Notes under the pieces: generated by a model
Database searches by the model: none
What the model saw: only the letters and a program-made list of their open reading frames with translations
What the model was told of the DNA's origin: nothing
NCBI GenBank assembly: GCA_014804755.1
Contig: JAAUZE010000008.1
Location: forward strand, 100,109-164,108
Length of the DNA: 64,000 nucleotides
Source: Lachnospiraceae bacterium
GTDB lineage: Bacteria; Bacillota; Clostridia; Lachnospirales; Lachnospiraceae
Direction: 5' to 3'
Shown: positions 29,633 to 38,950 of the stretch, piece after piece
How positions within the stretch are numbered: the stretch's first letter is position 1
Layout of the letters: the number at the start of each line of letters is the position of its first letter
Translations under genes and position numbers: made by a program

Positions 29633-30865
29633 ATGTTCGTATTGTATAACGAGAATACAAGATTTCCGGTAAAGGTGTGGCTGAAAGATGAGAGTGGGCT
29701 GGAGGGAAAATGTCTGGAGCAGGCATACAACCTGTCGAAGCTTCCTTTCATACATAAATGGGTATGTCTGATGCCTGATACCCATGCGGGTAAGGGAATG
29801 CCCATCGGCGGAGTGATCGCCACAAAGGATGTGATCATCCCCAATGCGGTTGGGGTAGATATCGGATGCGGTATGGATTTTATTCCTACCAATATTCGCG
29901 TGGAGGACATAAAAGGCATTCAGACCGGAAACGGCACCCTGATCCAGTCCATCATCGGAAGCATCATGCGGACGATTCCGCTAAATACAGAGAGATACAA
30001 GGTTCCGCAGGAGTCGGAAGTGCTGGATCGTGCACAGCGGGAAATGGAAAAATATGAGGAGGATGCAGAGCTGGTGCCATTGATTGAGGACGGATATTTT
30101 CAGGTGGGAAGTCTGGGCGGCGGTAATCATTTTATCGAGCTTCAGGAAGATCAGGAAGGATATCTCTGCATTATGATCCACTCCGGAAGCCGTCATCTCG
30201 GAAAGGCAATCTGCGATTACTTCCATAAGAAGGCGGGAGAGCTGAACAGAATGTGGCACAGCGAAGTCAAGGATGAGTATCATTTGTCTTTCTTGCCTGT
30301 CCAGACAAAAGAAGGGCAGCAGTATATCAACTGGATGAATCTGGCGCTGGATTATGCCTTCGAGAACCGCGCCCGTATGCTGGATAAGACCTGTGGCATT
30401 GTGAAAGAGCAGATTGAGAAGCACACGGACCTCACAGTGGAATTCGGAGAGGAGATCAACTGCCATCACAACTATGCGGCATTGGAAAATCATTATGACG
30501 CTAATGTCTGGGTACATAGGAAAGGCGCTACCAGAGTGAGGGAAGGAGAAATGGCTGTGATACCGGGAGCCATGGGATCTTACAGCTATGTGGTGGAAGG
30601 AAAAGGAAATAAGGAATCCTTCTGCACCTCCTCCCACGGTGCTGGCAGAAGATACTCCAGATCCGGCGCCATGCAGGCATTCAGCACAGAGCAGGTCATG
30701 GTGGATCTGAAGGAACAGGATGTTGTGCTGGGAAAGCGCAAGAAAAATGATGTTGCCGAGGAGTGCCGGTTTGCCTATAAGGATATTGACCAGGTTATGG
30801 CACAGCAGCTGGACATGGTCACGCCGGTGAGGAAGTTAAAGACAGTGGGCGTGGTGAAAGGATGA
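29633..30865 (+). CDS. rtcB: RNA-splicing ligase RtcB
   Basis: MPDTHAGKGMPIGG, GVDIGCGM, GGGNHFIEL, HNYA and CTSSHGAGR metal/GTP-binding motifs of RtcB. Confidence 0.9.
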   Translation: MFVLYNENTRFPVKVWLKDESGLEGKCLEQAYNLSKLPFIHKWVCLMPDTHAGKGMPIGGVIATKDVIIPNAVGVDIGCGMDFIPTNIRVEDIKGIQTGNGTLIQSIIGSIMRTIPLNTERYKVPQESEVLDRAQREMEKYEEDAELVPLIEDGYFQVGSLGGGNHFIELQEDQEGYLCIMIHSGSRHLGKAICDYFHKKAGELNRMWHSEVKDEYHLSFLPVQTKEGQQYINWMNLALDYAFENRARMLDKTCGIVKEQIEKHTDLTVEFGEEINCHHNYAALENHYDANVWVHRKGATRVREGEMAVIPGAMGSYSYVVEGKGNKESFCTSSHGAGRRYSRSGAMQAFSTEQVMVDLKEQDVVLGKRKKNDVAEECRFAYKDIDQVMAQQLDMVTPVRKLKTVGVVKG

Positions 30866-31053
30866 GCTCAGCGGGGGTCAAATACCCCGCAGTATACTGA
30901 ACAGAAAAGCTGATATGGTGTCAGTATACTGTGGGATATTTGACAAGGCACGGGTATTGGAAGTCACTTCCTGCCCGGCGGTGCCGACAGCGTGCTGTGC
31001 GGTATTCCACGAATATTCCAACCGGCTTAACGTGGTGTTAAGTGAAGGTTTGT

Positions 31054-31160
31054 GGTGTCGAGGGTTCGAATCCCTCCCGTGTAAACGGTAGCTCAGTGGG
31101 TAGAGTGCACAACATTATGGCAAGACCTGTAAAGTCTGCGGTTCGAATCCGCCCAAAGCA
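31054..31160 (+). ncRNA. tRNA-like modules (two GGTTCGAATCC T-arms, one AGCTCAGTGGGTAGAG D-arm, CTGTAAA loop) that do not fold as canonical tRNAs
   Basis: T-arm 31060-31076 (GAGGG-TTCGAAT-CCCTC); D-arm-like 31089-31106; anticodon-like hairpin AGAC-CTGTAAA-GTCT 31123-31137 abuts second T-arm 31137-31153 with no variable region; no complementary acceptor strands. Confidence 0.3.
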
Positions 31161-31447
31161 ATACTTTTATCCCGATTTCAGGCAAATTCTGCATCTCTGT
31201 GAAGCGCAAAGGATTGCGAAGCAGGGAAAGCGTGAGGGCGCCAAATCAGTCTGCGGCCTGAAGGCCGGGGATACCGCAGATCGGAAGGAGGAACAACACT
31301 CTGTAAAGAATATTGAGAAACGGTGATGATATCCCTTTACAGAGTGCCCTTCCTCCCCACGGTCTGCTGAACCGGGCTTCCGCTTCAGACTGATGAATGA
31401 GGGATATCAGTATTACTAAAACAAATTAAGATCAGGAGGAGTAAGTT

Positions 31448-32554
31448 ATGAAGTATATTATCAGAGATAATCAGGCAGGGTTTGTATTGAAGAATGGCGT
31501 ATTTCAAAAGATGATCACCGCGGGAACCTGGCATTTTCCTAAGATAGCAGGTTACACGGTCGAGATTGAGGAGATGTCGAATGAACTGGATTATCAGGAG
31601 GTTCCCTATCAGGTGCTTTCCGGAGATGCTGCATTCCTTAATGCCACTGTACATACGGAAATACCGGATGGCTCTGTGGGTTTCATCTACATGAATGGCA
31701 AGCTGACAGCCTTTGCGAGCAGGAAGGATTATGTATTCTGGAATGTGTTTGATACGTATGAGGTCAAAGTTGTGTCCATGGCGGAGACGTTCATCGGAGC
31801 AGAAGTGACGAAGCAGATGCTTTCGCTGGTGCCGAAGCACCTTTATACGGAGGTGTCGGTGGGAGAGGGAGAAATCGGTCTGGTATACTATGACAACGTC
31901 ATGCAGACCCCACTTTCCAAAGGCGTATATCGTTTCTGGAATTACCATCATGTCGTTTCCTGCTGCGTGATTGATATGAAGCAGAAAGAACTGGATATCG
32001 TGGGTCAGGAAATTCTGACCAAAGACAAGATAGGCATCAGAATGAACGTTGCATGCATGTATAAAATACGGGATGCAGTAGAATTCGTTGCAACGATCTC
32101 GGATCTGAAAGGACAGCTTTACCCTGCGGTACAGCTTGTGATCAGAGAGGTCGTGGGCAATTACAAGCTGGACGAGATACTGGAGGCAAAGGAGCAGATC
32201 TCCGGGGAAATCTACGAGGCGCTTAAGGGGCGGGAAGAGATGTTCTGTGTGAATTTCCTCACCGCGGGAATCAAGGATATCATACTGCCCGGCGAGATCA
32301 GGGAGATCATGAATTCTGTCCTTGTGGCGGAAAAGGCAGCTCAGGCAAACGTGATCGCCAGAAGGGAGGAGGTGGCCTCTACCAGATCTCTGCTCAACAC
32401 GGCGAAGCTTATGGACGAGAACCAGACACTCTACAAGCTGAAGGAGCTTGAGTATCTGGAGAAGATCTGTGAGAAGGTAGGCGACATATCTGTCAATGGC
32501 AATGTGGGAATCATGGAGCAATTGGGGAAAATGATGGGGACGAGACAGGGATGA
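31448..32554 (+). CDS. SPFH/band-7 domain protein
   Basis: C-terminal AEKAAQANVIARREEVASTRSLLNTAKLM...LKELEYLEKI typical of SPFH; RBS AGGAGGAG; the 378-aa antisense ORF is rejected. Confidence 0.65.
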   Translation: MKYIIRDNQAGFVLKNGVFQKMITAGTWHFPKIAGYTVEIEEMSNELDYQEVPYQVLSGDAAFLNATVHTEIPDGSVGFIYMNGKLTAFASRKDYVFWNVFDTYEVKVVSMAETFIGAEVTKQMLSLVPKHLYTEVSVGEGEIGLVYYDNVMQTPLSKGVYRFWNYHHVVSCCVIDMKQKELDIVGQEILTKDKIGIRMNVACMYKIRDAVEFVATISDLKGQLYPAVQLVIREVVGNYKLDEILEAKEQISGEIYEALKGREEMFCVNFLTAGIKDIILPGEIREIMNSVLVAEKAAQANVIARREEVASTRSLLNTAKLMDENQTLYKLKELEYLEKICEKVGDISVNGNVGIMEQLGKMMGTRQG

Positions 32555-32728
32555 TCTAATTAGTTCTTCATGTTTTGGTTATATTGTGTTAAAATAACAG
32601 ATATGGCTCCGGCGGGGAGCCATATCTGTGTTATAAATTCAAATTTGTTTAAACAACCATTACTACAACTGAATAAATAACACAACGTCAGAGCGAAATC
32701 CCAATCGTAATTCACGGAGGAACATAGA

Positions 32729-33163
32729 ATGATAAAACAGGCAGAACAAGCAGATGCGTTAACCTTGGCAGAATTGGCAATCCAGATGTGGGAAGACAAT
32801 ACCATATCGGAGCTGGCATCCGAATTTGCGGAAATGATTGGCAGCGAGGATGCGGCTTGCTTTATTCAATATGCGGAGGACAAGCCGATCGGATTTGCGC
32901 AGTGTCAGCTTAGGCATGACTATGTCGAGGGCACGGAGACATCACCGGTCGGTTATTTAGAAGGAATCTTTGTTCAGGACGAGTTTCGCCATAAAGGCTA
33001 TGCAAAAGAACTGCTGCAGGAATGCGAAAAGTGGGCAAAGGGAAAAAACTGTTCTGAATTTGCAAGTGATTGTGAATTAGACAATGTGAATAGTCTCAAA
33101 TTTCATTTGGCAATGGGGTTTGAAGAAGCCAATCGGGTTATTTGTTTTCGAAAAGACATTTGA
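32729..33163 (+). CDS. GNAT acetyltransferase, AAC(6')-I-like
   Basis: GYLEGIFVQDEFRHKGYAKELL...KWAKGKNCSEFASDCELDNVNSLKFHLAMGFEE resembles aminoglycoside 6'-N-acetyltransferase type I. Confidence 0.55.
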   Translation: MIKQAEQADALTLAELAIQMWEDNTISELASEFAEMIGSEDAACFIQYAEDKPIGFAQCQLRHDYVEGTETSPVGYLEGIFVQDEFRHKGYAKELLQECEKWAKGKNCSEFASDCELDNVNSLKFHLAMGFEEANRVICFRKDI

Positions 33164-33201
33164 GCAAGGTTAATTGATGCGGGACGAAAGGAATATATAA
33201 A

Positions 33202-33633
33202 GTGGAAAAGCTGAATCAGGAAACAAAAAAGATCATGGAAGAACGGTTCGGAAAAGACAATATTATCGCATTGGCGACGTTGGAAGGCGATATGCCCAGC
33301 GTCCGCAATGTGGACGGATTTTATGAGGATGGGGCGTTTTATACGATCACGTATGCGCTTTCCGACAAAATGAAGCAGATCGAAAAAAATCCGAATGTGG
33401 CGATTGCGGGAGAATGGTTTACCGCGCATGGGAAGGCGGTCAGTCTCGGTTATTTTGGCAGGGCGGAGAATGAGGACATTGCCGGAAAGTTGCGGACGGC
33501 TTTTGCAGAGTGGATTGATAACGGACACAACAATTTTGAAGATGAAAACACAGTCATCCTCTGTGTGCAGCTGACGGACGGTGTTCTTTTTTCACAGGGA
33601 GCAAGATACGAAATTGATTTTAGTGCGGATTGA
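33202..33633 (+). CDS. Pyridoxamine 5'-phosphate oxidase-family (FMN-binding split barrel) protein
   Basis: NIIALATLEGDMPSVRNV...FYTITY pattern. Confidence 0.55.
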   Translation: MEKLNQETKKIMEERFGKDNIIALATLEGDMPSVRNVDGFYEDGAFYTITYALSDKMKQIEKNPNVAIAGEWFTAHGKAVSLGYFGRAENEDIAGKLRTAFAEWIDNGHNNFEDENTVILCVQLTDGVLFSQGARYEIDFSAD

Positions 33634-33650
33634 GGAGGGAATAGAAGACC

Positions 33651-34091
33651 ATGATTCATTTTGAAGCGATAACGGAAGAAAATTTTGATGCGGTCATCCA
33701 AATGAAGCGTCCACCGGAGGAGCATTTTGTAGCGTCAAATGCGTACTCTCTTGCGCAGGCGTGGCTGTATCGGGATGCGGGCGATGTGTATCCGTTTGCG
33801 ATCTGCAATAGCGGCGTATCGGTCGGTTTTATGATGCTGGATGAGGATTTGGAAGAACGCTGCCTCATCATATGGAGGATCATGTTCCCGCCGGAGCATC
33901 AGAACCAGGGTTATGGAACACAGGCCATCCAAGAGATTATTCGCATGGCCAAGGAATCCGGGAAATATGATTTTTTGCTTCTGAACTGCGCGCCCGAAAA
34001 TCACATTGCGGCGCATGTTTATGAAAAGCTGGGATTCAAACCGACCGGCGTTGTCAGTCACGGAGAGACGGAGTTAAAGCTGCTTTTTTGA
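33651..34091 (+). CDS. GNAT-family N-acetyltransferase
   Basis: HQNQGYGTQAIQEII...EKLGFKPTG. Confidence 0.65.
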   Translation: MIHFEAITEENFDAVIQMKRPPEEHFVASNAYSLAQAWLYRDAGDVYPFAICNSGVSVGFMMLDEDLEERCLIIWRIMFPPEHQNQGYGTQAIQEIIRMAKESGKYDFLLLNCAPENHIAAHVYEKLGFKPTGVVSHGETELKLLF

Positions 34092-34118
34092 AGCTATATA
34101 ACATTTTTAAGAGGCAGA

Positions 34119-34685
34119 ATGTTTCTGATGACAAGGAGGAGTACGCCTATGAAAAGATGCAGATTATCCTATGATGAATGGAAATGTATCCTGTCAAAAG
34201 AGATGACCGGCAAAAGAGTGGTTGGGGACTTTTTTGAGGGATATATTGGTCTGATCGACATTCGACAGGTAAGTGAAGTGCAGAAATGGAAATTGGGCGG
34301 GGAAGAGATCGTGGTCTGCGACGGAGGCATCAAATGGCTGAGTATTTTGCCGCAGAATGATTTTTATTGTATCACTGCCATGATGAATGAAAAAAGCGAT
34401 ATATTGTTATGGTACATTGATATGATCGCGGGTCAGGGAACGGATACGGACGGTATGCCGTGGTTTGACGATCTGTACTTGGATCTGGTGGTTTATCCGA
34501 ACGGAGAAATTAAAGTGGATGACATGGATGAACTGGAAGAAGCGCTGCGGCAAAAAGACATCACGCAGGAACAATTTGATCTTGCGCTTCATACGGCCGA
34601 TCAATTGAAAAAAGGATTGTTAAAGGACATCCATTCTTTTAAGGACTATACATATGCATGCTATGAGCTCCTATGCAAAGATTGA
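34119..34685 (+). CDS. DUF402-like hypothetical protein
   Basis: YLDLVVYPNGEIKVDDMDELEEA resembles DUF402. Confidence 0.4.
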   Translation: MFLMTRRSTPMKRCRLSYDEWKCILSKEMTGKRVVGDFFEGYIGLIDIRQVSEVQKWKLGGEEIVVCDGGIKWLSILPQNDFYCITAMMNEKSDILLWYIDMIAGQGTDTDGMPWFDDLYLDLVVYPNGEIKVDDMDELEEALRQKDITQEQFDLALHTADQLKKGLLKDIHSFKDYTYACYELLCKD

Positions 34686-34794
34686 AAAATCAAAGATTTT
34701 TCTAAAGCGAACAAGTTCGCTTTGCAAATTTGTGCTGACGCCCAAATTCGCGGGCTGTTGGCAGCATGGAGGATTAGTTTGAAGGGAAAAACAA

Positions 34795-35396
34795 TGAATA
34801 TAGGCTTTCAGATCATAGCGATCGTGATATTACTCGTTTTTTACGGGTGCTATTTTACAAAAATGATATTGCAGAGAAAAAAGGGTATACAGACCAATCA
34901 GATGGGAAAAGGGAAAACGGGGCTTGTGAAGCGCATTGAGATTACAATGAAAATCACGTCACTCCTCGTCCCTGCGGCGGAGATTGTCAGTATTGTTTTG
35001 GACGTATCGCCCTTGCCGCTATGGGCAAGAATAGCGGGCGTGCTGATCGGAATCTGCGGAGCGGTGGTTTTTATTTTGGCGGTGGTGACGATGCGGGACA
35101 GCTGGCGTGCAGGCGTTTCGGAAATGGAGCGCACGGAGCTTGTCACAGGCGGTATTTATCAGATCAGCCGCAATCCGGCTTTCCTTGGATTTGACCTTGT
35201 TTACATAGGGATTGTGCTGATGTTTTTTAACTGGGTTCTGCTTGCGGTATCGGTATTTGCCGGTCTGATGTTCCATTTGCAGATCGTGAATGTGGAGGAA
35301 GATTTTTTGGTCCGAACGTTTGGACAAGCTTACCTTGATTATCGAAAAAAGGTGAACCGATATTTGGGGAGAAAGATTGGCAAACAAAATGGGTGA
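34795..35396 (+). CDS. Isoprenylcysteine carboxyl methyltransferase (ICMT)/PEMT-family membrane methyltransferase
   Basis: Multi-TM with C-terminal NPAFLGFDLVYIGIVL...EEDFLVRTFGQAYLDYRKKVNRY. Confidence 0.65.
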
Positions 35397-35436
35397 GATT
35401 TGGGATTCTGTTTGAGCAGAATCATGGAGGATTAAC

Positions 35437-36159
35437 ATGAACATACACGAATTGGGAACGTGGGAACAGCTTCAGAAAAAATTGACATGGGAGCAGCTCG
35501 GGGGATTTTCGGGAAAACGGATTCTGGAGTTCGGCTGCGGAAACGGCGTGATGGGCGCGCATTATGCAAAGGATAACACTGTGATCGCGATAGAGCCGAA
35601 TGCGCAGGTTTTAACGGAGAATCCGTATGAAGATGTGGAGCAGATCTGCGGGGATTTCAAATTATTATCCCGATATGAGGACGAATCGTTTGATGTGATT
35701 TTTTGTCATAATGTACTGGAATACGCCGCAGAGCGCGCGGAAATCTTAAAGGAATTCCAACGACTGTTAAAAAAAGACGGACTTCTTTCCGTATTGAAGC
35801 ATAACCGTCCGGGGCGCGTCATGCAGATGACGGTACTGCTGAACAATTTTGAACATGCGAATGAATTGCTGGACGGAGCATGTGGCGTGAGTCCGCAGTT
35901 TGGGGAAATTCATTATTACGAGGACGAGGATCTGATCAAATGGGCACCAAAGCTGCGGATTGAAAAGATCCTGGGTATGCGGACATTTTGGGATTTACAG
36001 CAGAATCAGGACATACAGAAGGAAGAAGAATGGCAGCAAAAGATGATGCGTTTGGAGCAGCGGGTTTCCGGCATGGAAGAATATCGGAACATCGCGTTCT
36101 TTCACCATGTTTTTTTGAGAAAAGGGAACTGTTCAGAAAGTGCATCTTCAAAGCTGTGA
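35437..36159 (+). CDS. Class I SAM-dependent methyltransferase
   Basis: ILEFGCGNGVMG motif I. Confidence 0.7.
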   Translation: MNIHELGTWEQLQKKLTWEQLGGFSGKRILEFGCGNGVMGAHYAKDNTVIAIEPNAQVLTENPYEDVEQICGDFKLLSRYEDESFDVIFCHNVLEYAAERAEILKEFQRLLKKDGLLSVLKHNRPGRVMQMTVLLNNFEHANELLDGACGVSPQFGEIHYYEDEDLIKWAPKLRIEKILGMRTFWDLQQNQDIQKEEEWQQKMMRLEQRVSGMEEYRNIAFFHHVFLRKGNCSESASSKL

Positions 36160-36303
36160 GGAACGAGGTTTTGAACACTTACGAAGAAATAAAGTCAGCA
36201 TGAGCGAGGGAATACAAGCATGGACTTGTTCTCTATACGAATATGGCGCCTGTGGCATGAACGCATGCGCGTCGCGGTTTGCAGAAAGGCAGGGGGACTT
36301 TTA

Positions 36304-37070
36304 TGATCTTAACAGAGTTTGATTCGATAAAAAAAGCAGTCATCAATCCGGAAGATATTATCAAGCCGGTGGAGGGCATGCCGGAGGTGGCGGTCGCCTG
36401 CTATTCTCATATGACGTTTGAAAGAATGGTCGAGGAATTGGATGCAAAGATCTTTGCGGAGACAAGTACCGCAAATGGTGTGAAACCGGTTTACAAGGCA
36501 GTGTACAAGGGCATGGATGTTGCGCTGTTTATGGTCGACGTGGGCGCGCCTATGAGCGTGGGGATGTTGGAAGATGTATTTATGATGGGCGTTAAGAAAG
36601 CGATCATTTTCGGAACCTGCGGCGTGCTTGACAAAAGCATCGACGACTGTTCTGTCATTATTCCTGATTGCGCGGTGAGGGACGAGGGAACAAGCTACCA
36701 CTATGCGCCAGCATCGGATGAGATCGAAGTAAATAGGAAGTATCTGGAAGTGTTTACCGGTATGCTGGATGAACTTCAGGTGAAATATACGGTAGGGAAA
36801 ACATGGACGACGGATGCGTTTTATCGTGAGACGCCGGAAAAAGTCAGGCGCAGAAAAGAGCAGGGCTGTATCTGTGTGGATATGGAATGCTCGGCGGATG
36901 CGGCAGTCGCGCAGTTTCGCGAAAAAGACCTGATCCAGTTTTTCTATGCGGCGGATAATCTGGATGCGGAGGAATGGGATGTGCGGAGCTTAAGCAATCA
37001 TTCCAAATTGGAGGAAAAAGACCGGATCGCCATGATCGCGCTGGAGCTGGCGGCGCGGGTTTCGCGTTAG
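36304..37070 (+). CDS. Nucleoside phosphorylase-family (PNP_UDP_1-like) protein
   Basis: VACYSHMTFERMVEEL...IFGTCGVLD...VDMECSA pattern. Confidence 0.5.
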
Positions 37071-37130
37071 GAGACGGTCCGGCCAAGAAAAGCGGTGCGG
37101 ACGATTGAAACGGTGAGGAAGGAGAGAAAT

Positions 37131-37760
37131 ATGAACGCGTATTGGAAGAAAAATCTTTTTCCGCTGGCGGTAGAAATTGCTTTTATCATTTCGTGCTTTG
37201 TGATTCCGGCGGAGTATTTTATCTATACGAATTTTCTGTTTTATTTTGTGCTGCTCCTTTATTTCGTCGCGGTAAAGGATTTCTCGGTAAAGGAGTGGGG
37301 AAGAAGCTTAAAAGCTGGGAAAGCGTTTTGGAAGCCCGTGGGGATCACCGTATTCTTTTTTATGCTGGCGTTTGCGGCAACCATGATATTGGAAAGCACG
37401 TTTCCGCAATGGGATACGGGAATGATCGGATTAAGGCGTGACAATTGGTTCACGCTTGTATTGTTTGCCATTTCGACGATCGTTCTGCCGCCCGTTGTAG
37501 AGGAGACCTTTTATCGGAAAAACCTGATTTTGACGGGAAATAAAAACGTGATGGCGGCGACCGTGATATGCAGCATGCTTCTTTATGCGGCGGAGCATTC
37601 CCTGACGCCATGGGGGATTTTTCTCACGATGCTCTGGGCGCTGCCGCTCAGCGTTTCCTATGTAAAAACCAAGAATGTATTTATCCCGATGACGGCGCAT
37701 TTCATGGTTAATTTCGTGGGAAACGGCGCGGACGTGGTATTTACGATCATCGGCATGTGA
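37131..37760 (+). CDS. CPBP-family intramembrane metalloprotease (CAAX protease-like)
   Basis: VVEETFYRKNLI (EExxxR) and AAEHSL...MTAHFMVN motifs; multi-TM. Confidence 0.7.
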   Translation: MNAYWKKNLFPLAVEIAFIISCFVIPAEYFIYTNFLFYFVLLLYFVAVKDFSVKEWGRSLKAGKAFWKPVGITVFFFMLAFAATMILESTFPQWDTGMIGLRRDNWFTLVLFAISTIVLPPVVEETFYRKNLILTGNKNVMAATVICSMLLYAAEHSLTPWGIFLTMLWALPLSVSYVKTKNVFIPMTAHFMVNFVGNGADVVFTIIGM

Positions 37761-37799
37761 TAGTCGGCACGGATGGATCGCAGAAAAAGGAGGAATGGC

Positions 37800-38018
37800 A
37801 TGTTCGGAAAAAAGAAGCTTCAAGTGGAATACTATGACAAAGAAAATGTAAAGCCGGTCATCCGCGCCAGCATCTGCACGGGAGAGCAGGTTGCCGGATT
37901 TAAGAATATTCATACCGGAAAGTTTGAGGAGATCATGCTGATCCGGGACGAGCGGGATAAAGAAGTATTTTTGAGCAGGTACGGCATTTCGGCGGGGGAA
38001 ATCACAAAGGAATATTAA
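37800..38018 (+). CDS. Hypothetical small protein
   Basis: 72-aa ORF starting MFGKKKL; no motif. Confidence 0.3.
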   Translation: MFGKKKLQVEYYDKENVKPVIRASICTGEQVAGFKNIHTGKFEEIMLIRDERDKEVFLSRYGISAGEITKEY

Positions 38019-38043
38019 TTGCTGCAGAGAAAGAGAGATAAAT

Positions 38044-38787
38044 ATGCAGATAGATTTTTATTATTGGGGCGGCATGTGTCCTATTTCAGACGAAATCATT
38101 CAAATGCTGTCACGTTGGGATAACAAATTTGATATTCGGTTGCATGACATAACAAATGATTTTGATCTGGCAAAAAATAAAAGCATGTTCTTTCCGTTCC
38201 TCACGATTGTGAATCATAAAGAAAGATATTATGGCCCTGTTTCAGAAGCATTCTTACAAACGTTAAGTACGGGAATGCTGCCAAAAGAAACTCCATATAG
38301 AATTACGATGGGAACAGTCGAAAAAAGCGAGGTCATTCAGCCGATACATAAGGATAATTATTTTCTTGCGTCACAGTGTACCGGTAGAAGGAATTGTTCA
38401 GGATGTAGTTCAAAGGTTAAAATGTATCAGGATTTTCCGGATGGAATAATCGGGTTTATGAATATGGATAACGAAACATTGTTGGGGGGCGCGGAGTACG
38501 TTCCATCTTTGTACGTCCCATATGATATTCCTAAGGGACAGGAAATTGCATTTATTACCTGTGTTTATTTGTCAGATGAGACTTTTGATTATAAATCAGC
38601 ACCATTGAGGGCATTAGAACAATATCTGTCAAAGCGGTACAAAAAAGCGATTGTTATTTCAGATGAAGAAGGTACTTTTCCGAATGGGGATTTACAATTT
38701 TTCGAGAAAAACGGATATCATGATGAGAAAGTGATTTTTGAGGATCGTTATTGCAGACTGCATCTCTTAGTGAAAGATTTAATTTAA
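38044..38787 (+). CDS. Hypothetical protein
   Basis: 247-aa ORF; no confident motif. Confidence 0.4.
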   Translation: MQIDFYYWGGMCPISDEIIQMLSRWDNKFDIRLHDITNDFDLAKNKSMFFPFLTIVNHKERYYGPVSEAFLQTLSTGMLPKETPYRITMGTVEKSEVIQPIHKDNYFLASQCTGRRNCSGCSSKVKMYQDFPDGIIGFMNMDNETLLGGAEYVPSLYVPYDIPKGQEIAFITCVYLSDETFDYKSAPLRALEQYLSKRYKKAIVISDEEGTFPNGDLQFFEKNGYHDEKVIFEDRYCRLHLLVKDLI

Positions 38788-38802
38788 TAAATAAAAATTT
38801 GA

Positions 38803-38831
38803 TTGACATAGTTGAACTCCATTTATATAAT
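38803..38831 (+). promoter_or_regulatory. Consensus sigma-70-type promoter (TTGACA-17-TATAAT)
   Basis: TTGACA 38803-38808, 17-nt spacer, TATAAT 38826-38831. Confidence 0.6.
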
Positions 38832-38837
38832 ACTAGT

Positions 38838-38950
38838 ATAGATGAGCAATCATCAGGTGAGTCCTACCGATAAGTGGAATCGATAAGAGAGTATTTCCGT
38901 TGCGACGGATACTACCGAAAGGCTATGCTTTGGCGTAGCCTTTTCTATTA
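38838..38950 (+). ncRNA. Candidate ~110-nt sRNA or riboswitch-like leader with intrinsic terminator
   Basis: Driven by the consensus promoter; ends in GGCTATGC-TTTG-GCGTAGCC + TTTTCTATTATTTTTT (38921-38956); internal hairpin CCGT-TGCG-ACGG; repeated CTACCGATAAG / CTACCGAAAGG. Confidence 0.4.

Noticed and set aside
29981-30637. 218-aa minus-strand ORF inside rtcB
   Set aside because: Antisense to rtcB, whose catalytic motifs are unambiguous.
31054-31160. Annotating two ordinary tRNA genes (the second possibly tRNA-Tyr from the CTGTAAA loop)
   Set aside because: Attempts to build a cloverleaf fail by eye. The first element has a perfect T-arm but no 5' acceptor strand, even allowing several G-U pairs. 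The second has acceptor-like TAAACGG with no complementary 3' strand, and its anticodon-like hairpin abuts the T-arm with no variable region. I report them as tRNA-like modules only.
31042-31326. 94-aa plus-strand ORF across the tRNA-like region
   Set aside because: It overlaps the T-arm and D-arm motifs and hairpins, has no RBS, and has Arg/Gly-rich composition. It is most likely non-coding.
31385-32521. 378-aa minus-strand ORF
   Set aside because: It is entirely antisense to the SPFH gene, which has a strong RBS and recognisable domain signature. The minus ORF has a Leu/His-rich composition typical of antisense artefacts.
38838-38950. Assigning the terminated leader RNA to the glycine riboswitch class
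   Set aside because: Only a short AGAGAG…ACCGAAAGG resemblance exists. The element is far shorter than a glycine aptamer and the downstream gene is a regulator, not glycine metabolism. I left it unclassified.
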